A DNA stretch of 64,000 bases, from contig NC_087438.1 in assembly GCF_036321535.1 (NCBI RefSeq), positions 10,170,001 to 10,234,000 on the forward strand, read 5' to 3'. The notes under the pieces are model-generated. The model did no database searches. It had not been told where the DNA came from and saw nothing but the letters and a program-made list of their open reading frames with translations. The translations under genes were made by a program, and so were the position numbers. Below are positions 25,486 to 37,655 of this stretch, piece by piece. Within the stretch, counting starts at the first letter, position 1. The number at the start of each line of letters is the position of its first letter. The DNA is from Camelus dromedarius (lineage: Eukaryota).

Positions 25486-28400
25486 GGCTCACAGGCAGAT
25501 TTAGAAAAACTATCCTCTTGATGGGCAACATAATGCGAATCACTTTAAGAAGCCTGAGTGATTTGGAAGCAGGGGGTTAAAATGTATCTCAGGTTGACAT
25601 GCTGCTGAACCAGACAGCAATTTGAAAGGTGATAACAGAATCAATTTTGGCAAGTCATAGCATGCTGAACCTTGGGGGTTAAGGTATTTTTAAATGAATA
25701 TGCTAAAACCTCTAAATATTCCACTTTGATTGTTTTAGGAAAAAGCGTTACTTGTGTTGACTGAAACGAGGAAAGAGGAAAGAAAATCATCAACAGTTAA
25801 CTGCACATTTATATTAACAATGATAAAATCTGATTTTTAACCCAACCCCTTTTTCTCCAATAGCATTCAACAGAAATTAGTATCAAGATCTGAGAGTAAT
25901 GGCAAACGTTATTGTGTGACCATTCCGGTCAGTTTCTTTCAGATTTGGTTTAAAGAGCAGTTGTTGCCTTCCCTTTAGGACTCCACGGGGACACACCCTC
26001 TGCACCTGTGAGCCCGGATGAGCCTCAGCCGACTGCATCCTGTGCTGTGTTCACTGTTCCCTGAAGTTAGAATGTCATTAAAATTCACATTGGCTTCTTA
26101 TCTCAGATGGCGAAATGTGCTTTACATTGTAACAAGTCTCCAGCCTCTCCCCACCACTTCAGTATAGGAGCTATGTAATTTTGAAAGTGTGTAATTTATG
26201 AAATGGGTACAGCCAAATGTCCTCTGACTTGGGACATTTACCTCTTTGTTAGTTATCACCTTTCACATTGCTCTGGTTTTTTGGCCTTTCTCTCCTAATT
26301 TTGCCTGAAATTCTCTCTCTGTGCCACCTGTTAAGTTTGGTGGCACTTAGAAGTAAAGTGCTGACTCCTGGTCTGTGGCCAAAGACATGACATGGGGTCT
26401 CAGAAGTGTCACTCTAAGATGACATCTGCCAGTCCTTTCCCTCTCCATGGGCGCGAGAGGACAGGCGTGTGCTTCCAGGGGAGTTGCTGAATGTATCCTT
26501 TTGTTCCGAAAGTTTAGGAGGCACAGCTAGACCCTTTAATGTATGAGGAAAGAGCACAGGAAGAGTTGTCCTATCTGCAGTGTAATCTAAAATCACTGGT
26601 CTAGCACAGAAGCCATCTATTTGTAATTCTTTTTTTGTAGTCATATACTCCGTTTTCATAAATAGCTCTTCAGGGCATGGAACAGAATCTGCCTTTATGA
26701 TCTGAGGACATTTCACGGCTGAGTTTCTTCCTGCTTTTTACTGAGAGTTACGTGATATTTTTAATTTGGCTTTAATGTGTGTACAGGCTTCCTCGGTCTT
26801 CTGCCTAGTGGGTGTGTTTTTAAAAATGGAAACCAGATTAAAAATGATACTTAGGTGATCGCCTAATAATAGCCACAAACTCAGTTTTTTTGTGTGGTTA
26901 GTTTTATATATCTGCTTTTTTTCCCCCTCCAATTTTCTTTTCTGTTTTAGAAGTTTCAGTTGTCAATTTTAATGAAATTAACATCTCTCTCTGTGGCATA
27001 GTCAACCAAATTATTGTGGTAGAATTGTTTAGAATTTATATTCTAGACTCTGTTCATACACATACATATATCACTTTACAAGTTTCAGCACCAGTTTAGC
27101 CACTGATTCATGCATGTGCTTTTTTCCTCTAGGAAAACTATGAGTCTTACTTAGTGGAGCAATTCAGGAACTAAGAGGCTAGAGTAACTACAGGTTTAAG
27201 AAACTAAAGATACACGGAAGTTAGGCTGTGGCTGATAGTGAGACATAGGAGGTCAAGATTTTCATTGTTAAGTTTTGTTTTCTTCGCTTTGTTACCATGT
27301 CCGTATGATGCTCTTCCTGTGGAGGGGCCTGGAACTCAGCAGCTCTGACTTGCATCGCTCACTGAATCAGGGGAATTAGTGAATAGGTATGGATTAGAGT
27401 CGGCAGGAGTTACCGAGAACGCTGTGGAGTTGCGTGAGTCACACGGGCCTCTTCTGAGGTCCCGGCCCTGGAACTGGGCTGTTCTCCTTGCTGAGAGTTG
27501 TAGAGCGTGGAGCCCAGGACTGTGGTTGTGGGGGCACTTCTGTAAGGCTCTGCGGTGTCCCGGCCCGGCCACCTGCAGGCAGAGGCTGTGAGGGAGTGCT
27601 CGTAAGCATGGTTTTCTTGCCTGGTAGCAGTGGAAGGAGATCCTCTTTTCAAATCTCAGTAGATCAGGACCCATAGCCACGGCTTACTCCTTCTTAGTGT
27701 TGCCATCACGTGATCCGCCTCCTCCCTGCCTGGCTCCGAGAGCACTTCGTGCTGCCTTGGAACTTGCCATGTTGTGCCTGGCTCTCTAGGTATTTATGAG
27801 CTTGTCTCCTCGAGGGCCGCAGTGGTGCCTACTTCCTCTTTGCGTTTGCCCCGCTGCCCTCTCCGTCCATCTGACTTGGAATTGGGATGTGATCAGTCTT
27901 CGTGGTCACATTCCGCGCGTTACCCAATGACTGCCAATGAATTGCTGAGACTACGTCGCATCCATTCAAGAATTTTGAAGGAACCTTAAGGATGAAATTG
28001 CAGAACCTTTGGCTCTTGTTTTTGCCTTTTATAAATAGGCACTGTTTTAAAAGCTTGGTGGGTCGCCAGCACAAAGTGTGATATAGTGGAAAGCAAAACG
28101 GCCCTGGAGGCCTGGGTTCTGTGTTGAGCCTTTTCACAACCAGCTGGGTGGTGCCACTGAGCCCCCGGACCTCAGGGTTGTCGTCAGGGTGTGTTTGGCG
28201 TCATCTTTGCTTAGAGTCTCTGGTGATCGTCAGTATCATGGCTGCATGCCGTTAAACTGGGTTCTTCACATATGTGTAAGAAGTCTGTAAGTGTGGACAG
28301 GATTGTTATTAATCTGCTCTTTGGCTCTGTGAACGGTGTGTTGTAGCGACTAGATTCTGTTGGATTCCTCCAGAAGGTGCTGGTTTCCTTGCTGTTTGCG

Positions 28401-29958
28401 TGCTTGTTTCAGCAGGCTGGACGCCAGCCACCCGGCCTGCTCTTCCGCAGTGGGCGAGCAGTCGCTCCATCCTTGGGTCAGGTCCTTGTCTTTCCTGGAG
28501 TTGGGGCTGCTTGGAGCTTGCCCTGAACACACGGGGCTCAGGGGACAGCCAGAGGTTTGGGCCAAGTTTCTACACGGAACGTGGGGCTCCCCTTCCCCTT
28601 CCCACGATTTCTGCTGCTGGGGTCGCCCCGAGCCGTGTCCTGACTTGTTTCAGCAGCTCTGGGTGGCTTCGGTTGGGCCCTGCTCTCAGGCTGAAAACCC
28701 TTACGGGGTCATTTCCTTTCTCCTGGTATCGCTCCCTGATTTTGGTCACTCTCCCGTGCCTGGGGACAGTCGTGTTTTTTTTTACAGGTTTCATCTGCGG
28801 GAGGACTGTTCCCCGGGAACTGCTCAGTCATACAGCAGTGGAAGCCCCTTCATTTACTGAGCACGCTTTTCTTTCTTGCTAATTCCATCTCTACCTCTTG
28901 CATTGGTTATGTTACCATGTTAATGTTTTGGATACTTTTCCTTGTATTATTTTGGCAAAAACACATAGGAAAATAGGAATGGGGCAGTAGTCTGTAATTT
29001 TTTTCTAGAGATTGCTCTTGCATTAATGATAATTACTGGTTTTGATGGGATGACCAACATCCTGAACCTGGATTACCTCTGGTAGAGACCTCCAAGAGAA
29101 AAATCCTGAGACTGTATAACCCCAAACTCCCATGTGGGCATTCGCCCTGGAGAGCCTGGCCGGGCATGTTTGAGCTGCCAGAATTCCTTCTGCTTAGATG
29201 GCTGTTGGCTTGGCCTAAATTGCCCGAGGCATGCTTCCTTGCCACAGTAACTCCACTTGGCCTTCTGTGACCTTGGGGACATTGGGGACATGGGGAGAGT
29301 TGGTTGGATGTGAGAAGAGGGACCTTGGCCACACTGTGAAGCAGGTGGACACCAGGCCATCTTACCACATTAGCCAGTGACAGTCCTCCAGGGGTGCATG
29401 ACCCAGAAAGCCTGGAAGGACAGAGCCAAGAGGGAGCTGGGGCCAGACCCCAGCTATTTATAATCCCTGCTCTTCCCCCGACACTGTTTATTTTTAACTG
29501 GGTTCAGAAGTCTGACATCATGAGGCTTTGAGCTCCGCCTAGAGGTTTTCATGTGCCATGAATCACAGTTTTTAGAAAAACCATGTTGCTGCTTTATTTG
29601 CCAGTGTTTATGTTAATCTATGAAATTAAAGTGGAGAGTTTTGAAACGATCTGGACTGATTTCATATCCTGTCTTTTTGGGACTGAACCTTTATTTAAAG
29701 CTCGAATTGACCAAGAGCCTGCTTGGTATGGGAGCCTCTGGGTCAGCAGGCAAGTCATTCTTCCACGTTAAAATAGAAGGTAATCTTGTGATCAGAGACT
29801 TCTCTTCATAGAATTGAAATGTGTTCAAATGATGATATTTCTAAAGTCGATGTAATGCATGTGAAGAAAGCTACTGTGTTGGCATTGGATAGAACGTGTG
29901 AGAAACTAAATGACACCCAAGCAACCTAGTAATTTTATTTTTTTCTTATGTATTTCAG

Positions 29959-30033
29959 GGTTTCGAAAAAACGATGAAATGAAAGCTATGGATGTTTTGC
30001 CAATTTTAAAGGAAAAAGTTGCATACCTTTCAG
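29959..30033 (+). CDS. TRIO: TRIO coding exon 2 (75 nt, phase 1-1): (G)FRKNDEMKAMDVLPILKEKVAYLS(G), start of the Sec14/CRAL-TRIO region
   Basis: Acceptor ttttcttatgtatttcAG (29957-58), donor GTaaag (30034). Translated by hand; absent from the ORF track. Confidence 0.96.
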
Positions 30034-32004
30034 GTAAAGTTTAATTTTCTAATCTTTATTGTTTCTTTCAACTTGATAAAATGTCAGGAGTCTGAAGTAC
30101 TAAAATAAAAGTATTGGCATCTCGAAGGATTTTTAACTGCTTTATTCTTGTAGCATTTTCCTGCGGAATTAGTGCCCAGGCTTTCCTTCATCAATCAGCG
30201 TTGATGATTAACATATGTTTGTGGCTGTCCTCCAACAAATATTCGGCTGTTTTGTTCTAATCAGTTAAGTAAAAAAAACCTGATTTTTCAGCAGAAGTGG
30301 TGGCATTGTGGTCATATGTGGATATGTCCTGAACTCCTTACCTCTGTTTCTTGTGCTCTGGTCCTTGGAGTTTCCTAGAACCCATGTTATGGACCTTGAA
30401 AGCCTCCACCGGTCCTCTGCTTAACTGTAGAGTCTGGCCCTTGGGGCCCCGGCCCTGCTGCAGTGGGGACAGTCTCTGGGCCAGTCTCCTGGGCTTTGGG
30501 ACACTTACCTGGCCTCTCTGCGTGTAGAGGGTCTGCTCTAGGGCTTTTTTGGCTGTTTCCTCAGGGGCTCCCTCCTACACGAACAGAACAGCCGTGGGGT
30601 GTTACACCTTTTTAGCACGAGTACACTTATTATAAAATTAAGGTTTGCAGAAGTTTTCTGCTGTATTTTAGCCGGAAGTCAATCTGTAGATTGTCACGTG
30701 CTTTTGGAGTGTCTTCCTGGATGTGTTTCCCTTGATAAATTTTCATCTTTCTTCAACAGGCATATTATGCTGATCTGATGTCTCCTCTGGGACACATTTT
30801 ATTTTAAAATACTGCTAGCGGCTTTTACATGTTTTGTGTGTCCTTTCAGCATGTGGGACTGTTACATATTTAGGATGCAGCTTCCTGTGGTGTTTCTGCT
30901 AATCTTATCTTACTTTCTGTCCACTAGTGTTTCCTGGTCCCTATTAAACACTATTTGATGATTTTGTGAAAGTAAATCTAATTCAAAGTGCATTTGGAAG
31001 GTTAATAGAAGAGTAAGAAGTTCATGAAAAGAAGGAAGTGCTTTAGACTGTTGGAAAAACTTGGTGGGAAAAAAAGGATGAAAGGGGAAGAAAAACCCTC
31101 CTGGCTTATAATACACGGTTTTCAAAGTAGCATTTGCTCTTTTCTAATCACTTACTGACAAACTGCATAATTTGGATTCTTGCTAGTTTCGTGAACTCCT
31201 GACTAGCTTCCAGGTGGATTTTAAAGTTAAGATACTAATGAAAAGACTCTAGTTATAAATATTAGAGGCATCAGTAAGAAAGGCTTAATTAAAAACAGCG
31301 AGTCCTGCACATTTGTCAGTGTTTTATTTTAAAGTTTGGATCTGTGATGAGGGCCCTTCCTCCTCCATCTCCTCTGTTGTTTCTGAACCTTATTCCACTT
31401 TCTTCTCCTGTTAATGAGCTCATGGAGATGGGCAGGTAAAGGAGAGTAGAAGGTTTAGGAGTCATGGTTTTTATTTGTATTCATTCTTTTTTTAAGCATT
31501 TAATGCAGAATATATTAATGGATGGCAATTCTCTCCAAGTTACTGTCAAACTATTTCTGTTTCAACTAATCAAAGAAATAAAACCAGTCTTGACAAGTTT
31601 ATCATGAATCTTTTACTAAAGCCTTAAATTCTGCAGGGTTAATTAAAATCAGGTGTCTTTAGTGGGGAGGGAAGTTTTGCGTTGCAACAAATCAGTTTGG
31701 AACTGTTGTTAAATATTAGAGATGTTAGGACTTGTACCAGCTGTGTGAGGAGAATGGCGTTAGTAGGTGCCACCACAATTTTATAGCAATTTGTGACCAG
31801 AACTGGCCAGTTTAAGTAGCTTGAGGTTACTGCTGATTGCCTTAGACATGCTGTTATCTTGTTTAGGAAGGGAAAAGAGAGAAAAAAATCATTAAATTAA
31901 AAACAAATTGATTACTTGTGTGGTGAATTTTTTTTTTGAAAAGTTACAATGAAGGAGTAAACTTGTGAAAATATTTTTATCTCTGGTCCTGTTTTTTTCT
32001 TTCT

Positions 32005-32165
32005 TCTTTTTCACCGAGTTATAATTCATATACTATAACTCTACCTTTTAAAAGCATACGATCTTGTAGATTTTAGTGTATTCACAAGGTTGTGGAACCG
32101 TCGTCACCGTCTTAATTAATTCTAGAACACACTTTTATTACCCCACAAAGAGCCCCTCTACTTTT
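32005..32165 (-). mobile_element. L1MB-like 3' terminal fragment
   Basis: gagttataattcatatactataa...ttttagtgtattcacaaggttgtggaacc...ttattaccccacaaag. Confidence 0.7.
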
Positions 32166-32734
32166 TGCTGTGACCCCATTTTTTAAAAAATATCAGGGTT
32201 ATTTATTATGATGACTTTGTAAAAGGTCTCCATGTGAGTGGCTTTTAGTAAATTAAATCTGAGTGGAGTAGCCAGGGCTTTGAAAAAGCAGGCCACAGAA
32301 TCACTGATTCTGTGAGATACCTACTAGCTCAAGATCTCTGAAAAACCGGTGTGGACTCCTTGAACTTGAATATTCCCGATGCATTTCCGGGTACTCTAAA
32401 AAGTAGCCCTCATTGCACTTAAGATAGCAAAGTACTGCTTCCTCCATTGAGAAGGCAAATTAAATTAGATGAGATGACTTATCTGACTTCATGCATGAAG
32501 TCAGAGGAGAGGCTGTGAAAAAATACCCTGTAGTTTGTATTTAATGTTCTATATGTAAAGCATGGGTATATTTATAGTATACATATTTAATATATTACAT
32601 ATATTTAATGTTCTACGTGTGTGTATGTAATATGTATAGTGTCAAGCACTACATGTGGTTCCCATGCCACTAGGGCTTGGGCCTTAAAAGAACCCACAGA
32701 CACCCACCAGAATTAAGAAGACATTCTCCTCCCT

Positions 32735-34145
32735 TATTTTTTTTATCAGGGAACATTTCAACATCCAAAAGGAGACAGAATAGTAGAGTGAATTTGCATG
32801 AATCCATGGGTCACTTCTGTAATCTTGTTCCATCTGCATTCCTTGAAAAGCTTAAAAAAAAAAAACCCTCAATACCATTAACAGACGTAAAAAATGAATA
32901 GTAATTATTATTATTTTTTTCTTAAAGTGTTGGGCCCTCTGCCTTCCGCTCTGGCCCAGTTCAACTGCCCTGGGGATTGGAGGAACGTCGGCCTTTTCTC
33001 GGAAGGGCTCGGCCTCCCTGCGGTTTTGAGGAAGCCAATGGCTGGGGCAGTAATTCTTTAATGTAAAAAAACTAATCAATATTCGTATTTCCCTGCTCAT
33101 CTCATTATTTGTTTTTATAGGATGTACATTGCAGTCGGTTGATGTGTCTGGTGTCTCTTGTAATCTGCAGATTTTTCCTCCTCGTCCTTTTTCTCTTGCC
33201 CCTTTATGTTTACTGAGTGAGGAAATAGGGTGTCTTCCTGCAGATTTCCCTACATTTTGCTATTTGCATCCCTGGGTTGCCATGTAACATGTTCCCCTTC
33301 CCCTGTGTGTTCTGTGAACCGGGAGCTGGATCTTGAGGCTTGATTAGACTTAGCTTAGGTTCTGCAGGGAAGTAGGCAAAACTTTTTAATGGGTAGTGTT
33401 GGACAGTTCTACTGGGAGCTTTACTGGGAGAGTCTGGTTGTCTGTTTATGATGTTAAGCATTCATTGATGATTATTGTTTAGATATATTTTATAGGGTTG
33501 CAAAATGATGACATTCTAATTACATCCTTTTCCTTCATTTATTAACTTGGATATTCCATAAGGAGACATATCCATCATCAGCTTCTTGGTTACCCTGAGA
33601 ACATAGATCGTACAGGAAAGGATGGATAAATAATTGATTCTTGTCCTTTGCTAGTTTTCAGACTAATTGAAAATGATCATTAGTCATTTCAGACTAATGA
33701 AAAATCTTTTTTTTTTTAAGGTATCATTTTGGGCTCACGCATTTCAATTGTACACTTTCTTTTTCTCTCACGAAGTGAGAATTTTCCCGTCTGTGGCTGA
33801 TGGGAGCCTCTGCAGATTGGCTCCTGAATCCATGTGCCACAGTAATACAGCTTCTTTCTTTGCCGATGTGACCAGATGTTTCAGGCTCATCTTGTCTATT
33901 TCCTGCCCCTGTCAGCCGTTTCCCTGAGCTCCCTGGTTCTTTTCCGCGGGGAGCTGTGGGGACAGGGTGCTGGGGAGCTTGCTGTTCCGGGTGGGCCACT
34001 GTTTCTGTGCCTCTTCAGTGGACACATTTAGAAAGTAGGTATAAACATGTTTTTTAAATGAGAAAGGGTATCATGACTTCATACCAAAATTTCCAATTCA
34101 AATTTGGGATTACAGATATTTTTCTTTGATTTTATATTTGCATCT
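32735..34145 (-). mobile_element. Ancient L1MC-like 3' UTR fragments
   Basis: ttcaacatccaaaaggagacagaatagt; ggatcttgaggcttgattagactt; tgatgggagcctctgcagattggctcctgaatcc; ttcaggctcatcttgtctatttcctgcccc. Boundaries approximate. Confidence 0.65.
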
Positions 34146-35684
34146 CCTTTGGAAGAGTTTGCTCTTTGTGGTCAGTGAGTTACCATTCCGGAGCAGGGCA
34201 GGGCGGGGGGGTTTGTTTTTTGACTAAGCCAGCGTTTGGATGGGCAGCTAATCCTTAATGAGCTGTTGGTCTTTGGTTCCAGACACGCAGAGGTCCAGGG
34301 ACTGTAAAACTCCCGTCCATGGATATCCTGTGACGTTGGAAGGTGCAGGAAATGGACTTCCTGCCCTTTCCTTTTCATTGTAGGAACTAAGGCCCTGAGT
34401 TTCCGTCTGTAAAATGGGACTTGACATGTGTCCCGCCTGCCTCACCACGAGGCTGTGGGTTGACCTCAGACTCCATGAGTCTGTCTAGTCGATGAAGCTT
34501 TTACGAGCTGCAGCACTATTATTTGTGTTAGTTCAGGAGCAAGAACTGTGAAGCTTCTCTGCTTCATAACCCGCTCAGTATTTTCATTTGTGTACCTTCT
34601 GAGACATTGGCAATCAAGATAGATTTTGAGGAATGTACTGTAAACAGACATCGGTGGAGGTGATTTTTAAACTCCTTGGGGTTCAGAGACTATGTTCCTT
34701 TGAACTAATACTGCATTTCAGTGGTTCTAAGATTTTTTTTTTTCAATCTCACTGGGAGGGGTCAGCAGATGGGTAATTGGCACCTGCCTGTCACTGACTG
34801 TGACACTGCAGATTGGAAGATGCACCCCCAGGAGGTTAGCAGGTGAAAATATCGTTAAATTACTTAATAGAGAATATGCAGGTTTCACTTCGTAAGCGAT
34901 TTTTTGATGACGTTTTAAAAAGTATCCGAGTGAGTTTTTGAAACTCTATTCTGGAAAAAGGAAGAAAGTAAAATGGTTTTTCCCCCTCCATCTTAGAGTT
35001 CAAGCTGAGATTTAAACAAACTTTTAGGACACGAATGAGAGCCTGTTTGGTGGATGAAAATGCTGTCAGGTCTCAGGGGACCCTCTTCAGTGCCAGCACC
35101 ATGGGGCATCTCCAGCTGACAGTGCAGCAGTCCACGGAGGCAGCCAGGCCTTCTGCGCACACGTGTAGTTTGTTCTCACTTCTGGAGTGAACAGAATGGC
35201 CATGTGCAGTGTGCACACCTGTTGACTCCCCAGCACTTTCGTGGGCAGATTTTGGATTCTCCTCTTCAAGGCCATGCTGGAGCCAGGCTGATCCCATCAT
35301 GAGATACAGTGACCTCAGAGGGAGGACAGTTGCCATGGGTCACGGGAATTTAGCCTCCCTAATGAATCACACATTATGTTGTATTTAAGCAGTTCAGGGT
35401 GGTGGTCCAGAGAAATGTGAGGTTCCGTTCTCTTTACCAAAAGTGGGGTGAATGCTTTAATTTGCATGTCACTCTATTTTTAAAAGCTCAAGTTGCTGTA
35501 ATAGGTGTTGATGTATAATATTTTTGATCAGGGAGATTGATTCTTTTTTGAAAAGAATGAAAGCTGTAGGGAAATAAAATCCTGTTATATAAAAACTGAA
35601 CTTGTTACCTGCCTAATCTTGGGAACAAGAAGTATTCCAAAAACCTGGAGCCATTGATATTTCCCTAAAAATACTGTCTGATAC

Positions 35685-35799
35685 TTTATTTTATTATTTT
35701 GTTTTATTTTATTTCATTTTCTAATGGAGGTACCGGGGATTGAACCCAGGACCTTGTGATTGGTAAGTTGCGCTCCACCACTGAGCTCTACTCTCCCCT
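35685..35799 (-). mobile_element. tRNA-derived SINE (camelid Vic-1-like) with TSD
   Basis: Minus strand gives GGGGAGAGTAGAGCTCAGTGGTGGAGCGC (A box) ...GGGTTCAATCCCCGG (B box) and an A-rich tail. TSD tgtctgata(c/t)ttt at 35675-87 and 35800-12. Confidence 0.88.
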
Positions 35800-37540
35800 T
35801 GTCTGATATTTTAGATGATGACTCCATAACGACAGTCTGTCATTTCAGTATATATATTCTGTCATTTCATTCATCGTAACAGTACTGCTTCTCACTTTTA
35901 ATAGTTCTTTTCATTAATAAAAAAAAAAAATAAGACCCAGGAACCCATCATTTAGTTGTCCTTCTGATATTATTTAGAAAGAGCTGATGCTACTCGTTTG
36001 AAAAATCACGTTAAGTTCTTGCCAGGGCAAAGGTCCAGCAGTGACCTGCTGGCATAGTCTCTTTGTCTTTAGTATTTAAGCTCTTTGAGCCTCAGTGTCT
36101 TTAATAGTAAAGCTGACGAGGGGAAGTCTCATAACAGGGTCATTGTTCCTGTAAGATCAGAGCGGGTGTGGAGCCCTCGGTGCTGTGCCTAGCCTGTGTC
36201 GGTCGCTGTGATGGATCGTTGTTCCCATTCAGTACCTGAGTTACTGGATTTATAAATAATTTTAACACTTTTCTGGACTGCATGACTTAACAGTACTTGT
36301 GAATCAGTTTCAGTCTTCAGACTCAGCACTAAGTCTCATTCCTCTTTGGAGGAAGTGTTAATCATCCTAGGAAATTGTCAAGACCCATACTGGTCAAATG
36401 TGTTTTTAAAATACCAACATCTTCTGAGTCTGTTTTTGACCTTTCTACAAGTAAAGAGTCTGGTTTTCTGTTGTTTGTTTGTTTGTTTGCCTGCTTTTTC
36501 ATTTACCTCTGCTGACAAGGTAAATAGTTAAGATGAGAAAAGAATTAAGAGTTTCATATTGTGGCTTGAATTTTGAGATCCTATTGCCATACTTTTGAAA
36601 AGAGATGACCAGAGCCGTAAAACCAAATGCAGCATACACTTGAGAAAGTAGTTTTCTTTCTCTGTATTCTGTTCTGAAAACCCTGGGAGAAGTAATAAAA
36701 TTAATGTAGCAATTTGACCAAAAATGTTCAGTGATGCCAACAGACTTAAGATTGTATACATGTTACTGAGAAATAGTTCTGCCTTTTTATCAAAGACCAG
36801 TCATGTGAGATTTGTACTTAGTGTGTAATTTTTGTAAAATTCTTAAGCTAATTAATTAGTTCTGCTTTAAAATTCTTGCTTGCCAATCTCTTTCTCTCTT
36901 TCTCTTATTTTTGGTTATGTGTGGCTTTGTGTGAGGGAGTAGGGTCAGAAAGCTTGGCTGTGGAGGTCAGATACTGCCCTGGAGAGAGGAAGATGAGGAA
37001 GATGCCCTGGATCCCAGATTGTATAGAGTAGACATCAGTGCAAAGTTTGAAAAACATACCTGTCTTTTCCCTTTCAAGAATTAAACTCAGTTTGGTTGGC
37101 AGCAAAGAGAGTGCTTAGAATGCAGGGGAGGGGAGGAGAGGGGACAGTGTGGAGGAGAGACAGGGAGGGGGAAAGAGAGAGAGAGAAGGTGTGGGAGGCG
37201 GTTGTTGAAGGTGAAGGAAGCATGGAGATGTGCAAACTTTTTTTCTCTCCAAATATAAAACTGAAGAAAAGAGGGAGCACGTTGGAAGAGAGATGAGGCC
37301 TGCTGTGACATCGTCCATGTGGTACGCAAAGCTCAGACCTTCAGAGTCCTGGGGGTCATGTTGCCGCCCCGTCTCAGCTGAAAGCCGGGCTCTGGCCCCC
37401 TGCCTGGGGCCCCCGGACAAGCAGGCGGTGGGGGTGCAGCTTTGCGCACGTGGGTGGGTGACAACTTTGGCCCCCCCGCAGCGTGTCCAGTCCTGTCTCC
37501 TCTTGTTTGTGTCTGAGCCATTCCACATGCTTATTTCCAG

Positions 37541-37655
37541 GTGGCAGAGATAAACGCGGAGGTCCCATCCTAACGTTCCCGGCCCGCAGCAACCATGACA
37601 GAATACGACAGGAGGACCTGCGGAGGCTCATTTCCTATCTCGCCTGTATCCCCAG
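37541..37655 (+). CDS. TRIO: TRIO coding exon 3 (115 nt, phase 1-2): (G)GRDKRGGPILTFPARSNHDRIRQEDLRRLISYLACIP(S)
   Basis: Acceptor ttatttccAG (37539-40), donor GTgagt (37656). The GGRDKRGGPILTFP motif is typical of Trio/Kalirin Sec14 domains. Confidence 0.97.

Noticed and set aside
25570..25685. piggyBac-like element suggested by two gggggTTAA motifs
   Set aside because: The motifs are direct, not inverted, repeats, and there is no TTAACCC left end.
35724..35799. tRNA genes here and at about 49040-49112
   Set aside because: A/B boxes are present, but they are followed by A-rich tails and flanked by TSDs, which marks them as tRNA-derived SINEs.
37120..37330. Purine-rich tract with ATGs and possible donor tgtg|GTACGC as another alternative first exon before exon 3
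   Set aside because: ATG 37293 gives phase 2 whereas exon 3 needs phase 1, and the phase-compatible frame stops at 37294-96.
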